From NCBI RefSeq assembly GCF_004010195.1, contig NC_057755.1:4866316-4930315 (forward strand): a stretch of 64,000 bases of DNA. The letters are read 5' to 3'. The first letter of the stretch is position 1. Each line of letters opens with the position of its first letter. Made by a program: the position numbers and the translations under genes. Below are positions 25,542 to 38,341 of this stretch, in pieces. A model generated the notes under the pieces. That model ran no database searches. It was not told where the DNA came from and saw only the letters and a program-made list of their open reading frames with translations. This DNA is from Chiloscyllium plagiosum. Taxonomy: Eukaryota.

Positions 25542-27355
25542 ACCACCCCTATCCCAGTTGGTATTCTAACCATTCCCAGGTTGGTGCCCTACAAGCCTGG
25601 CACCATGACCACTTTGCCCTCTGCTAATCTGGGGTCCCATGTCATTTTACATCGTGAACTTAACTATTACAATATTGTCAAATCGCACTTTCTTCATGTG
25701 TTACAAGACAGCTCTCGCCAGGAATCACCAGTCAGCGTGGAAGTCAGGTTCCACGTTCCTGAGGGTAGCCTGAATGGAATCTCCACACAGAAATGCAGAG
25801 CTCCGTTCTTTCATCAGAAAGAAAAGGTCCAGAGTGGCAATCTGTGTGAGAATCCCACTCACTGGAAAACTTGACCCAGTATTTTATTGATTTTAAAGGC
25901 ATTAATGAAGGGAAAAGCTGCATCTCAGTATGACACAGAATACCTTTATTGCAAACGGGAACGCATTCTCCTGTCGATCATAAATTTAAAAAAAAACTCG
26001 TCTTTTAATTTTACTTCGTTTCCACTTTATACTAAGAAGGATTGTAATGTTTCTTTACTTTTCTATTCTGTACCTAAGGCTTTGTACCGACGTGACTTTA
26101 TGCATAACGTGACGCCGGGTGTGCTGATATTTTGAACTTTCACTGTAGCCATATACTCACGTACAGAAGGATATGAGAACACGTGACAGCAAAAACAAAT
26201 ATTAATTCGCCAGAAATTAGTGTCATTTCCTTCTTCAAAATACATTCTGTGGCGCCATAACACTCAGAGAAAAGGAGTCAATTTGCTGCTTGTTCAGATT
26301 ACTGCAACCTGCGCAATTCGTGAATACACCGATCCTGACTGGGTCGGTTGAGGTTAAATAAGTTGCCCTTCTTAGCATTTAAATTTAAGTTTTTCTCCTT
26401 TAACAATTTGATCCGCATGAAAAATCTCTAAAACATTTTGGTCAATCTGTCAGAATGACATACTTGCATTAACATATTTCATTCATTATAGCTTTTGTTC
26501 CTTATTTCTCTATTAACTCATTTACTCTGTCTATGGGTTCAAAGCATGTCGTTATTTGATTCTTTTTTGTTTGAGGCAATAATGCAGTTGCAATTTTTCA
26601 CGTGTACAGTGTAATTGAGTTGATATATTTATGTGAAGAAATTGATTTGATTTAACAGACTTATGAACATTTTCTTTTTGTTTGTGTTCTGGTCATGAAG
26701 AAACAAAAAAAAATATTTTTCTTACAGTTAACTTCGTGGTAATTGGGGACTCTCTACATGCACCACTCGCTAGTTGTTGACAAAGACTACAGCATAACTA
26801 TTTACCGTCACTTAATTTCGTACTGGACCGAATTAAGAATCTTTATTTCCCAGGTAATTTCTTATTCATCACTCCTGCGTGTGCCTTGAGCGTTGCTCTC
26901 CACCTTGCAACACTGGACTGTTCAGTTTGGTTCACAGTTGCTTTTACATTTGATCGGTTTGCAGCAATGTGTTGCCAAAAGCTAAGAGCAAGATATTGCA
27001 ATAAGAACATTGCATTTGTGGTCATAGTAATGTGAGTGTGGTGAGCTGTTTGCACTCAATTGCTTGGTATTTTGTGTTTACTCCTTCATTTGTTATTGAC
27101 AATGTGCCATTCTTTTGTGTCACAATATCAGACCATTGCACATCAGTATTTTGGAAAGTCTATGTGTGGATTGACTCCATCATTACGTCGTTACTTCCAA
27201 TCATATTGATTTTATATTGAATGCTCTGACTGTCAGGCATATTAAAAAAAGCCAACCCGCATCCACTGCCGTCTTCAGATCAATGGAAATAGGCAGAATA
27301 ATACTGATCCAAAGGTGGGAAATCGGAGAAAATCAACCATTTTGCTCTTTGCATT

Positions 27356-29253
27356 ATAGAACATAGAACATTACAGCTTCGGCCCTCGATGTTGCGTCGC
27401 CCTGTCATACTAATCTGAAGCCCATTCCCCCTACACTATTCCATGTGCATCCATACGGCTGTCCAATGATGACTTAAATGCACTTAAAATTGGCGAATAT
27501 ACTACCGTTGCAGGCAAAGCATTCCATACCCTTACTACTCTCTGAGTAAAGAAACTACCTCTGACATCTGTTTTATACCTATCACCCCTCAATTTAAAGT
27601 TGTGTCCCCTCGTGCTCGCCGTCGCCATACTTGGAAAAAGGCTCTCCCTGTCCACCCTATCTAATCCTCTGATTATCTTATATGTTTCTATGAAGTCACT
27701 TCTCAATCTTCTTCTCTCTAACGAGAACAGCCTCAAGGCCCTCAGCCTTTCCTCGTAAGACATTCCTTCCATATCAGGCAACATCTAGTAAATCTCCTCT
27801 GCATCCTTTCCAAAGCTTCCACATCCTTCTTATAATGCGGTGACAAGAACTGTACACAATACTCCAAGTGTGGCCATACCAGAGCTTTGTACAGCTGCAG
27901 CATAACCTCCTGGTTCCGGAACTCAATCCCTCTATTAATAAAGGCCAAAACACTGTATGCCTTCTTAACAACCCTGTCAATCNNNNNNNNNNNNNNNNNN
28001 NNNNNNNNNNNNNNNNNNNNNNNNNNNNNNNNNNNNNNNNNNNNNNNNNNNNNNNNNNNNNNNNNNNNNNNNNNNNNNNNNNNNNNNNNNNNNNNNNNNN
28101 NNNNNNNNNNNNNNACATAGAACATAGAACATAGAACATTACAACGCAGTACAGGCCCTTCGACCCTCGATGTTGCGCTGCCCTGTCATACTAATCTGAG
28201 GCCTATCCCACCTACACTATTCCATATACGTCCATATGCCTGTCCAATGACGACTTAAACGCACTTAAAGTTGGCGAATCCAATACCCATGCAGGCAAAG
28301 CATTCCATACCCTTACTACTCTCTGAGTAAAGAAACTACCTCTGGCATCTGTCTTATACCTATCACCCCTCAATTTAAAGTTGTGTCCCCTCGTGCTCGC
28401 CGTCACCAGACTTGGAAAAAGGCTCTCCCTGTCCACCCTATCTAAACCTCTGATTATCTTATATGTCTCTATGAAGTCACTTCTCAATCTTCTTCTCTCT
28501 AACGAGAACAGCCTCAAGGCCCTCAGCCTTTCCTCGTAAGACATTCCTTCCATATCAGGCAACATCCTAGTAAATCTCCTCTGCATCCTTTCCAAAGCTT
28601 CCACATCCTTCTTATAATGCGGTGACAAGAACTGTACACAATACTCCAAGTGTGGCCATACCAGAGCTTTGTACAGCTGCAGCATAACCTCCTGGTTCCG
28701 GAACTCAATCCCTCTATTAATAAAGGCCAAAACACTGTATGCCTTCTTAACAACCCTGTCAATCACGGTGGCAACTTTCAGGGATCTGTGTACATGGACA
28801 CCGAGATCTCTCTGCTCATATGCACTCCCAAGAATCTTACCATTAGCCCAGTACTTTGATTCCGATGACTCCATCCAAAGTGTATCACCTCACACTTGTC
28901 CACATTGAACTCCATTTGCCACCTCTCAGCCCAGCTCTGCATCCTATCTATGTCTCTCTGCAACCTACTACATCCTTCGTCACTATCCACAACTCCACCG
29001 ACCTTAGTGTCATCCGCAAAATAACTAACCCACCCTTCTAAGCCCTCATCCAGGTCATTTATAAAAATGACGAACAGCAGTGGACCCAAAAGCCAACCCT
29101 TGCGGTACGCCGCTAGTAACTGGACACCAAGATGAACATGTTCCATCAACTACAACCCTCTGTTGTCTTTCAGCAAGCCAATTACTGTTCCAAACTGCTA
29201 TGTTTCCCACAATCCCATTCCTCCGCATTTTGTATAATAGCCTACTGTGGGGA
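27356..29253 (-). mobile_element. Young CR1 LINE inserted in GPCR pseudogene B (3' end appears twice around an assembly gap)
   Basis: (ATAGAAC)n tail; YFADDTK and PHLEYCVQF motifs; flanking CATT duplication at 27352-27355 and 29254-29257. Confidence 0.9.
27983..28114. other. Assembly gap (N run)
   Basis: N characters. Confidence 1.
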
Positions 29254-29432
29254 CATTGTCTGACAATTTTAGACTGTTTTGGATTACATATGGCATACAC
29301 GCCTTAAACTGCAAAGAAATAAACTACAATTATGAGGACAAGACTTTTAATCATCCAATATTTGTCTTTCACAGAAGTTGGATTCGTGCTACGCCTTCTG
29401 ATTTCCTACACCACCACAAACAAAATTCAGAA

Positions 29433-30812
29433 AATACACAATATTCCAAGTGCGGCCGCAGCGGAGTTTTGGACAGGTGCAGCATGACCTCGTGGCTCCG
29501 AAACACAATCCCTCTACCAATAAAAGCTAATGCGCCATATGCCTTCCTGACAACACTATCAACCTTGGTGGCAACTTTTAGGGATCTATGTACATGGGCA
29601 CCAAGATGAGTCTGCTCACTTATGCTGACAAGAATCTTAACATTAACCCAATACTTTTTATTGCTGATGCTCCACCTAGAGTTAATAAACTCACACATTT
29701 CTGATTAAACACCTTTTTCCACCTCTCAGCTCAGCTCTGCAGCTTATCGATGTCCCTCTGTAACCTACCAACATCCTTCAGCACTATCCACAACTCCATC
29801 GACCTTAATGTCCTCCGCAAATTTACTAAATCATTCTTCTATGTCATCATCCAGTTCATTTCTGAAAATGACAAACAGCAGTGACGCCAAAACAGATCCC
29901 TGCGGTAAACCACGTGCAACTGAACTCCAGGATGAACGTTTCCCATCAACCATCACTGTCCGCCTTCTTTCAGCTAGCCAATTATTGATCCAAACCGTGA
30001 AATCACCCTCAATCCCGTCCCTCTGTATTTTCTGCAATAGCCTGCCATGTGGAACCTTTAGAAATGCCTTACTGAAATCCATTTACACCACATCAACCTC
30101 TTTACCCTCATCCACCTGATTGGTCACCTTCTCAAAGAACTCAATAAAGTCTGAGGCACGACGTACCCTTCACAATACTGTGTTGACGATCCCAAATTAA
30201 TTTATTCCCATCTAGATAATTATAAATCCTATTTCTTATACACTTCTCCAACACTTTGCACACAATCGAAGTAAGGCTCACTGACCTATAATGACCAGGG
30301 TTGTCTCTCCTCCCCTTCTTGAACGAGGAAACAGCATTTGCTAACCTCCAGTCTTCTGGCACTATTTCAGTCGACAATGACGACATAAAGATGAAAGCCA
30401 AAGGCTCTGCAGTCCCCTTCCTGTCTTACCAGAGAATACTTGGATAAATCCCATCCGGCCCAGGGGGCCTATCTATTTTCACACTTTGCAGAATTGCTAA
30501 CGCCTCCTCCTTGTGAACCTCAATCCCGTCGAGTCTAGTAGACGAGATCTCACTATTCTCCTCACAACAGTGTGTTTTTCCCAGTATGAATACTGAAGAA
30601 AAATATTCATTTAGCGCTTCCGCTATCTCCTTGGACTCCACACAACTTTCAACCACTGTCCTTGATTGGCCCTAATCTAACTCGACTCATTCTTTTATTC
30701 CTGATTTTTGCCTACAGAAAGCTTTAAGCTCCTATAAGCCAAAGTCTTCTCCTGTCCAATTCTGGCCTTTCTTTGCTCCCACTTTCGGTCTTTACTGGCT
30801 AACTTGTAACTG
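29433..30812 (-). mobile_element. CR1 LINE ORF2 fragment
   Basis: DFSKAFLKVPHGRLL, GLPQGSVLASLLF, PEDWRLANA, PGPDGIYP. Confidence 0.88.
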
Positions 30813-30989
30813 TTTTCTTAAATTTCAGTTCAGATTTTTGCATTCATTTGACACTGCAATAACTGCACATCGGCCGGTATTCATTCACCCAGACACACTT
30901 TATTAACATGTGCACAACACATGTTCTCTGACCAACCAGCTCAAAGCCAGTCCCCAGAGTGAGGAGATTCTCGTGTTTATTTATTTTTA

Positions 30990-32472
30990 GAAATGATCTC
31001 GTTCGACATAACAGCACTGTTCACCTCCATCAACATCGACCTGGCAAAGGAAACACTTACCACACTTTTAGAACAGACCAACACACACACACCAACCACC
31101 ATCAATCACATTACCAATGAAAACATCATGAAGCTCGTGGACCTGTGCCTCACCACCCACTTCACTTTCAACAACATAGTCTACAAACAAACCAATGGCA
31201 CACCCATGGGATCTCCGCTATAAGGGATTCATAGCAGAAGCGGTAATGCAAAGACTAGAACAAACAGCCCTACCAACCATCAAACCAAAAATCTGGGTGC
31301 GCCACGTAAATGACACCTTTGTCATCACAAAACGAAACAAGATAGAAGGGACATTAAACATCATCAACAACACCCTTACAGGCATAAAGTTCACCAAGGA
31401 GGAAGAATCCGACAACAAACTCGCATTCCTGGACGTTACAGTCGAAAGAAAGGACAACGGAGAATTACAAACCGACAAACACTGACCAAATACTTAACTA
31501 CACCAGCAACCATCCCAACACACACAAACAAAGCTGTATCAGAACACTATTCCAACGAGCCTTCCTCACACTGCAGCACAGACGAACTTCGGAAAACAGA
31601 GCAGAACCACCTATAGGAGAAAGTGAGGACTGCAGATGCTGGAGATCAGAGCTGAAAAAATGTGTTGCTGGAAAAGCGCAGCAGGTCAGGCAACATCAAA
31701 GGAGCAGGAGATTCGACGTTTCGGGCATAAGCCCTTCTTCAAGAATCCTATAGCACGTATTCAAGAAGAACGGATACTCAAAAAATACAGTGCGCAGATT
31801 CCGCAAGAACAAACCACGACAAGCAGACCAAACACAGCCAGAAACCCTAACCACCTTACCATACATCAAAGAAGTTCCAGAAATGACAGCCTGACTACTA
31901 AGACCCCTCAGAATCCTAGTAGCACACAAACCCACCAACACTCTCAAACAAAAACTAACAAACTTAAAAGACCCAGTACAGCCCATGGACAAAACCAACG
32001 TCATCAACAAAAACAATTCCATGCAAGGACTGCCAGAAACACTACGTAGGACAAACAGGAAGAAAGTTAGCCACCAGGATATACGAACACCAGCTAGTAA
32101 CAAAAAGACATGATCCTCTTTCCCTCGTAGCCCTACGATGAAAAAAAAAACACCATTTCGACTGGGACAACACAGCTATCCTGGGACAGGCTAAGCAAAG
32201 ACATGCCAGAGAATTCCTAGAGGCCTGGCACTCCAACCGCAACGCCAGAAACAAACACATAGATCTCGATGCCATCTATCAACCCCTCAGAAAACGAAGA
32301 GGAAATGACATCACCACAAACCCCAGGAACCCCATCCAGGAGAAAGATACAAACAGAAAGCAGGAGACAACAGCTTCGCTTCACTTGGAGGTCGCCACTG
32401 ATGATGTTCCCTAGCCAGGTATTGATACGTCTGGATATCAAACCTACAGCTCAGCGAGCAAACGTACACCCA
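30990..32472 (+). mobile_element. Penelope-like retroelement (RT + GIY-YIG, 5'-truncated, frameshifted)
   Basis: SFDITALFTSI, YKQTNGTPMGSPL, WVRHVNDTF, LAFLDVTV, HYVGQTGRKLATR; same 3' end as 23760-23960; decayed hammerhead at 32395-32434. Confidence 0.9.
31617..31746 (-). mobile_element. 130-bp hammerhead-bearing Penelope-type terminal repeat inserted into another Penelope
   Basis: TSD CCTATAG at 31610-31616 and 31747-31753; minus strand gattc-TTGAAGA-a-gggc-ttat-gccc-GAAACGTC-gaatc. Confidence 0.75.
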
Positions 32473-32689
32473 TAAAAATGTCCATTTTCTATTAATTTTG
32501 TTTGTACCATACACTTCCAATGCAAAGCAGTAACGCTTATCACTCACTCACATCACCAGTGCTTTCTTGGGTCTGTGTGTGTGTGTATGTGTATGCACAC
32601 GTGCATGTTTGAGGACTCAGTAAAGAAAGACACAATTATGAAAGATATTTCTTCCACATTTTCACCGGCATGGAAATCACCCACGTGGC

Positions 32690-33160
32690 CAATGAAACAT
32701 TAACAAGCAAAAAGTGATAAGGTCAATATCTATGTGAGAAAAAAATACGTAGGAGGGGAGGGATAAAACACAAATAGGGTTGGAGGAGGAAAGAATGCAC
32801 TCCATTGTCCGTGGTGTCCACCTCTCCCTCGAGGCATTCGTGGACAACGCGTACTCCCTCTGCAAGGACATCTGAGCTCAAACATAACTGCAGTGGGGTG
32901 CAGGCAGTCAGCACAGAGGGTGACCTGTTTATATCTGTCAGCCAGCACGCCCAGATTTGTGCAGGTGGACAACCCCAATCAAGGACAGCATAGTCAATGA
33001 GATCCATCTGCCCTTCATTCCAATCACTGTATCACACACACACCCTCCACCTCCCAACCATCGATATCTGCCTCTGCTGTTGCCCAAAACGTAAATGGCA
33101 CTGGGCGGGTCTTACAGAATTGCATCCTGGCCAACCTGCGAGATAAGATTGGTTCCTTTG
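32690..33160 (-). mobile_element. Older Tx1/L1-like LINE 3' fragment
   Basis: SLQREYALSTNASRERWTPRTMECILSSSNPI is homologous to the 5765-6195 C-terminus. Confidence 0.55.
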
Positions 33161-33169
33161 GTAACCATC

Positions 33170-34594
33170 CGACCTTGCTGAAAAACTCCCAGGTATTTAA
33201 TTGTGACTTCACTCAGACAGCCGTTTACTAAAATTAAAATGCAGGGCCAATCAAAGTGAATCTTTCTCAACAAATTTTATCCCATCGGACTTGTCCAGAG
33301 TCTTTTACCACAATGAGTGGCAGCTGAAGGAGATGTGTCTCATGCAAGATCGAAGCCAATGTGGTACCCTTAACCTGTAACTGTTCCTCGGTTTAGATTC
33401 TCAGTGTAGCCAATCGCATTTGCAAACATGAGGTTTGAAATCCAGAATGAATTTTGTTAACAACGTGCTCTAAGTCAGTTATACAGCCCTACCATATAAA
33501 CCTCCATTAGAAACAAAGGACCATTTAGCCAGTTGGTTATTTTGCAAGCAAACAACAAATTGACCGTTCCAAGCGAGATGTAGGTGAGCTTGCCAGCGTG
33601 GCCACTCTCCTGAATATCAGCTTATAAGTTCTCTCATTTCATTCGGGCCAAGTGGAACTCTTGCAGTCTCTCGTGTGCAAACTGGAACTGATTACTCTTG
33701 CTTGCCGGCCGGGGACTGCAGGAAATGTGACCTGCTTGGCTAACGCTGGCTATGTCTTGGGTTTATTGCTGTGGGATGACCTGGACTCCCACTGTTCAGG
33801 ATATACCCTGAGTGAAGCGATGCAATTGCCTTCACTGAACCGGTGCCCCTGAAGCTCAACTGGCCTGGCGAGAGCGCCCACTTCCCAACAGCATACCCTG
33901 CAGACCACATGCTCCACTTGACACATTTCCTGAAGGCAAAGCCTTTTCAAGTGTCCGTTTGAAGTACAGAAGGGCTTCAGCAAAAAATGAGTTTTTTTTC
34001 ACGGTTAAAACAGTAATCCCAGTCTCATCTCCTCTGAAATAACTCCACAGAGGCCGGTACCCCATCGCAAAATGACACTTAACTTGCACGCGCATAGTGC
34101 TTCAAAGTGATCCAGCTCAATCAGAGCCAGTTCTCCGAGTGAACAAAACCCCTGACAGTGTGGAGGCACAGTGGCGCAGTAGTTCGATTCCAGCCTCGGG
34201 CGAGTACCTGTGTGGAGTTTGCACATTCTCACCGTGTTTCCATGGGTTTCCTCTGGGTGCTCCGGCTTCCTCCCAGAGTACAAAGATGTGCAGGTGAGGG
34301 TGGATTGGCCATGCTAAATTGCCCATTGTGTTCCGGGATGTGCAAATCAGGTGCCTTAGTTGGGGTAAATGCAGAATAATAGGGTAGGGAAATGGGTCTG
34401 TGCAGGTTACTGTTCGGAGAGTCGTTGTGGACTGGTTGGACTGAGTGGCCTGTCCCCTCACTTAAGGGATTCTATGGATTCCACGATCCTGCTTAGATAT
34501 GTGAGGCAGCGTTCTCTCATTGGACAAGATTAACAGCCCCAGTCGCGGAACTCATAATGAGATCTATCTCGCTGGCCACGTTTGAATTATTACA
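33170..34594 (-). mobile_element. Old Gypsy remnant (5' LTR + gag/protease), copy in duplication unit C
   Basis: Homologous to 24330-25541 (FSEGNCIASLR..PEQWESR in both); LTR about 34036-34594 interrupted by a SINE. Confidence 0.65.
34160..34480 (+). mobile_element. HE1-like V-SINE inserted in the LTR
   Basis: B box GTTCGATTCC and V-domain TGTGGAGTTTGCACATTCTC. Confidence 0.85.
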
Positions 34595-35391
34595 TAAACC
34601 ATGCCCGAGTTCGCATTATAACACCTCCCTATTTGGCAGCCTACATATGTGGCACTATAAGCACCTTGCTTCCTATTCACCTGTTACACGACATCATGAA
34701 ACAACTGGAATCTGACTCTTGCAGCACTGCCAAATCATTGTTCCTGTCTGAATTATAAAGCAGTTCTAGCCAGAAAAGTTATTTTAGTGTGGAAGAACGA
34801 GTCCTCATTCTGCAGGACACCCTAAATGAAATCTGCTCTCAGAACGGCAACGCTCTAGACACTCATGAGAAAGAAAAGGGCCCGAGATAATCGGTGCTAG
34901 TTTGCCATGAACTGGGAAATCTGCCCCAGTGTTATGTTGATTTCAAAGGCAATAAAGCTTTATCTCAGTATGACATGAACTTAATATGAATAAAGCCTGT
35001 ACTGTTTAATTTTAACTCGCTTTCTTCACTTTTCTACTTTGGATCTGGGCGTCCTTGTATGTAAGATGGCCCCGGGAATGGAGACATTGTGCACTTTTCG
35101 CTGTACTCCTGTACGTCTGTACTTGAGTACATTGACAATATAATCAAATACTAACTCTCAGGAAATTAGTGACATTTTATTCTTCAAAACTGTGAAGTAA
35201 CCCTCAGAGGAAAGTTGTTACTTTGCTGTTGTTCAGATTACTGCAATTAACTCAGTCAGTGATCCAAACGTCTTTATTGTCTCACGGGACATTTAGCTTC
35301 ACAATAAAATGAGGTTATGTTGACGTTATTATTATTTTTCAGCAGACAGAATCATTGTCTCTCTTCTAACAGACGACCTGACTGGGACATA

Positions 35392-35461
35392 ATGAAATAC
35401 TCAGTAATCTTACAGGTAGCACGAATTTACTACCCAATACTTGCAGCTGTTGGCATTGTTG
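35392..35461 (+). CDS. GPR139/GPR142-like orphan GPCR copy C, coding exon 1 (MKYSVILQVARIYYPILAAVGIV)
   Basis: ATG at 35392, 70 nt, phase-1 donor G|GTAAGT; same length as A exon 1 with only silent or conservative changes. Confidence 0.85.
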
Positions 35462-36244
35462 GTAAGTCCGTACATATGTCTATGTTCGTGTAAACCTATT
35501 TAACTCTACTCCCCCATTCTTTATTGAAATTTGACGCAGTTTGCTCGGCTTTAGTTAATTGTAACCTTTTGCATTTCCCGTGGTTTCACCAGGAGTTGTT
35601 TTTTTTTACTGTTGTTTCCTTCCATCCGTGTAATCAGGTTTCGCAATAAATATTTTACAGACTGTTTAATTGTATCATAGAGCAGACTGAGACAGCAGGA
35701 TTGGCCATCCAAAGTTACACTTGAGAAAGTGGTGCTGAGCTACTTTCTCAAAACACTGCAGACAATTAGCGTAAGACCATCCGTGTATAGTTATAGAGAC
35801 ATCCAACATGGAAACATACTTTTCAATTTAACTTGTCCTTCCCGACCAGGTTTCCTAAACCTAACTATTCACACTTGCCAGCACTTGACTCATGTCCCGC
35901 TACACCTTTCCTAAACGTGTAGACATCCAATTGTGTTTAAACTGTTTTAAGTCCAGCAAAAATGAAGGAACAATGATGTGTTTCCAGCCAGGAAGGTGAG
36001 TGGTTTAAAGGAAACTTACAAGTGCTGTCATTCTTGTACACCTGCTGCTTCTAGACAGTAGTAGCTGTGAGGGTGACAGGGAACTGTCTGAAGAAACTTG
36101 GTGAACAGAAGTCGGCTGTTCTGTCCATCAATTCTGCTCCACCATTCAATGATGACTGGTATATTTCCAAACCACATTCGAGGTGTTGTAGTTCAACTTC
36201 CATTAATTTAAATCATTCACCGAGGACTGCTGTTATTCCTACCC

Positions 36245-36855
36245 TCGATTAACGTAAAACTCAATAAATTATGGGTCATACTCCCGAAATTGTCCCCCTC
36301 TAAAACTCCACTCATCTGTCGGGGCTCATTTCCAAGAAGCAGGGCTAGTATAATTCCTTGCTTGGTTAGACTGTTTGCATATTGTGTAAAATAAACTCTC
36401 CTAAATGGTCGTTACAACTTCTGCCCATCCAAGGCCCCAGCACGAAGTGAGTATCAGTCAATTCCATATCAGTCACCGTATCACTCACCATATCTGTCCT
36501 GCTGTTTCCAAAGTTTTGAGCATCTTTCGAAAATCTGTATGCGTATTCTCTCTTCAATCTCCCGTGGCTGTTGCGAGGTCTATGGTATACCCCAGCATTG
36601 AGAATTCACTTTCCCTACTCTTGAGTTCTACCCAATTTGCTTCACTCCACGGGCCGTCAGTATTACCGTGAGATACTCATTTAAAAGTATTCGATCTCGC
36701 CCACCGCTTTTGCATCCCTTTCTATCACACCTGAAACATCTAAAACTTGGGACATTCAGCTGCCAACCTTGTCCTGCTTTCAGCCAAGTCTTCGTAATTG
36801 CAATGATGTCATATTTCGAACCACTTACCAAAGCTCTGAGTTCATCTAACTTGCC
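36245..36855 (-). mobile_element. CR1 apurinic endonuclease fragment
   Basis: YDIIAITKTWLKAGQGWQLNVPSFRCFRCDR. Confidence 0.65.
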
Positions 36856-37258
36856 AAAAAGAGATATTGAGCTTGCTGTTGGTGTTGCACCATGTCAACT
36901 TGTACATTGGCAGTGACTTGAGATAGTTGAATATAATGATCATGACCCTTTAAAGTTTATGGAAAAAAAAGTATCAAAATTTCAGACTGCTTAGGTGGAG
37001 CTCATTACTGTAGAACTTGAGAAATGTGCACAGGGCACGACGAGAGGACATAATTGCTGATGCATTTACGTGATTTTGGGGAAGAAAGTTGTAAGTGTTT
37101 AGTGGCAGAAAAGGAATACGGACTGAAATGGATAATAGTACTGAATGCTTGTATGCTCAAAGTGAATGTCAGATATATTTATTGCTGTGTACAAGTAGTG
37201 TAAGAATAAAGGTTATTTAAGATCAATGTATATTGATGTGTTACTTCGTGGGGAGAGT

Positions 37259-37892
37259 TGTGACGAGACTGTGGCTTCAAGATGTGAAATTTGTCCTGTG
37301 TTTGTTTGAAAAGAGATTTGAAGACAGAGGTAACAAGATATCTATTGAAAACCCTTGAAGTAAATCGCTTCAATTCTTGGAGTCTTTTTTATTAAAATGT
37401 TGGAACAAAAGAAGAGCTTGGGTGGGGCAAGCTCCTATCCAAATATGACTTCTAACTTTAGCTTTTCAGGGGCATCAGTTATTTTTTAAAGCTGTAGAAG
37501 CCACTTTATTTCTCTTTTGGTTGTATCTAAAATCTGGGGGTTCTCTGCCTGCTGCCAGAATTGAATTGAGGCAAACTATTTTACTGAATTTTCCCCTCTC
37601 AAGAGTGTGTTTATAGCATGTTACTGAACTGGAACAGTTACTGATTAGTAATTTAATAATCTATCATTCTCTTAAGATTTCCAATAGAGTTAATTCATTC
37701 TAATTTCTTCTTTCTCCCGTTGCATTTTAAGTAGGAGGCATGAATAAAATTCTGTACTTCAGCTCTGGTAAGTTATTCAATTGAATTGCATTTGGAATGC
37801 AAGACCTGGAATTTGGTTTTAAAAGAAGAAAAGGAGAGGGCAGGGCTTTCTTTTGGATATATTTTGACGATAGTTTGATCTGGGCCATAACA
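37259..37892 (+). mobile_element. Possible solo LTR in intron of gene C
   Basis: TG...CCATAACA termini with the same 3' end as the Gmr1-type LTRs; similar length (about 630 bp); internal AATAAA; no TSD recognised. Confidence 0.35.
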
Positions 37893-38341
37893 TTTTTCGA
37901 ACAAATTGCCGCCTTCACTGAGTTTCATAACAATTCTCACGAGCTACTATGCTTCGCATGCCATGCCTCAGTACTGATCTTCGCCTTATTACCACGTTAA
38001 TTTGATTTATTTTATTCATTAACAATACAATAACCATCAAAAATCTACTGAACCCTTTGGTGAATTCGCCAGGATGCCATATTTGCATTAACATATTTCA
38101 ATCATGATAGATTTCATTCCTTGTTTATTTATTTATTCTGTTCATCTATTCGTTCAAAGAATACCTTTATTTAATTCCGGTTTGCTTAAGTCAATAATAC
38201 ACTTGTCACTTTTCACCATGTATAGTCTAATTGATTTCATAAGTTGATCTGAGGCAGCTGGTGTCATTTAGCAGACATATTAAGACAACGTTGCTGTCAA
38301 TAAAGTCATGAAGAGGAGTATCTTTCTTTATTTTCTTACAG

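Larger units (their letters stand above)
26728..29432 (+). pseudogene. GPR139-like GPCR pseudogene B (exon 2 only, split by CR1)
   Basis: Acceptor CTTACAG|TTAAC at 26727/26728; TM1 deletion, TAG at 26771, frameshifts; DCSVWFTVAFTFDRF retained; resumes at 29254 (..KEINYNYEDKTFNHPIFVF); truncated at about 29432 by a second CR1. Confidence 0.88.

Noticed and set aside
38308..38341. ORF-track N-terminus MKRSIFLYFLT for gene C (intronless model)
   Set aside because: It is the polypyrimidine tract and acceptor. The equivalent ATG in A is out of frame and D has ATA, and a conserved upstream exon supplies the real start.
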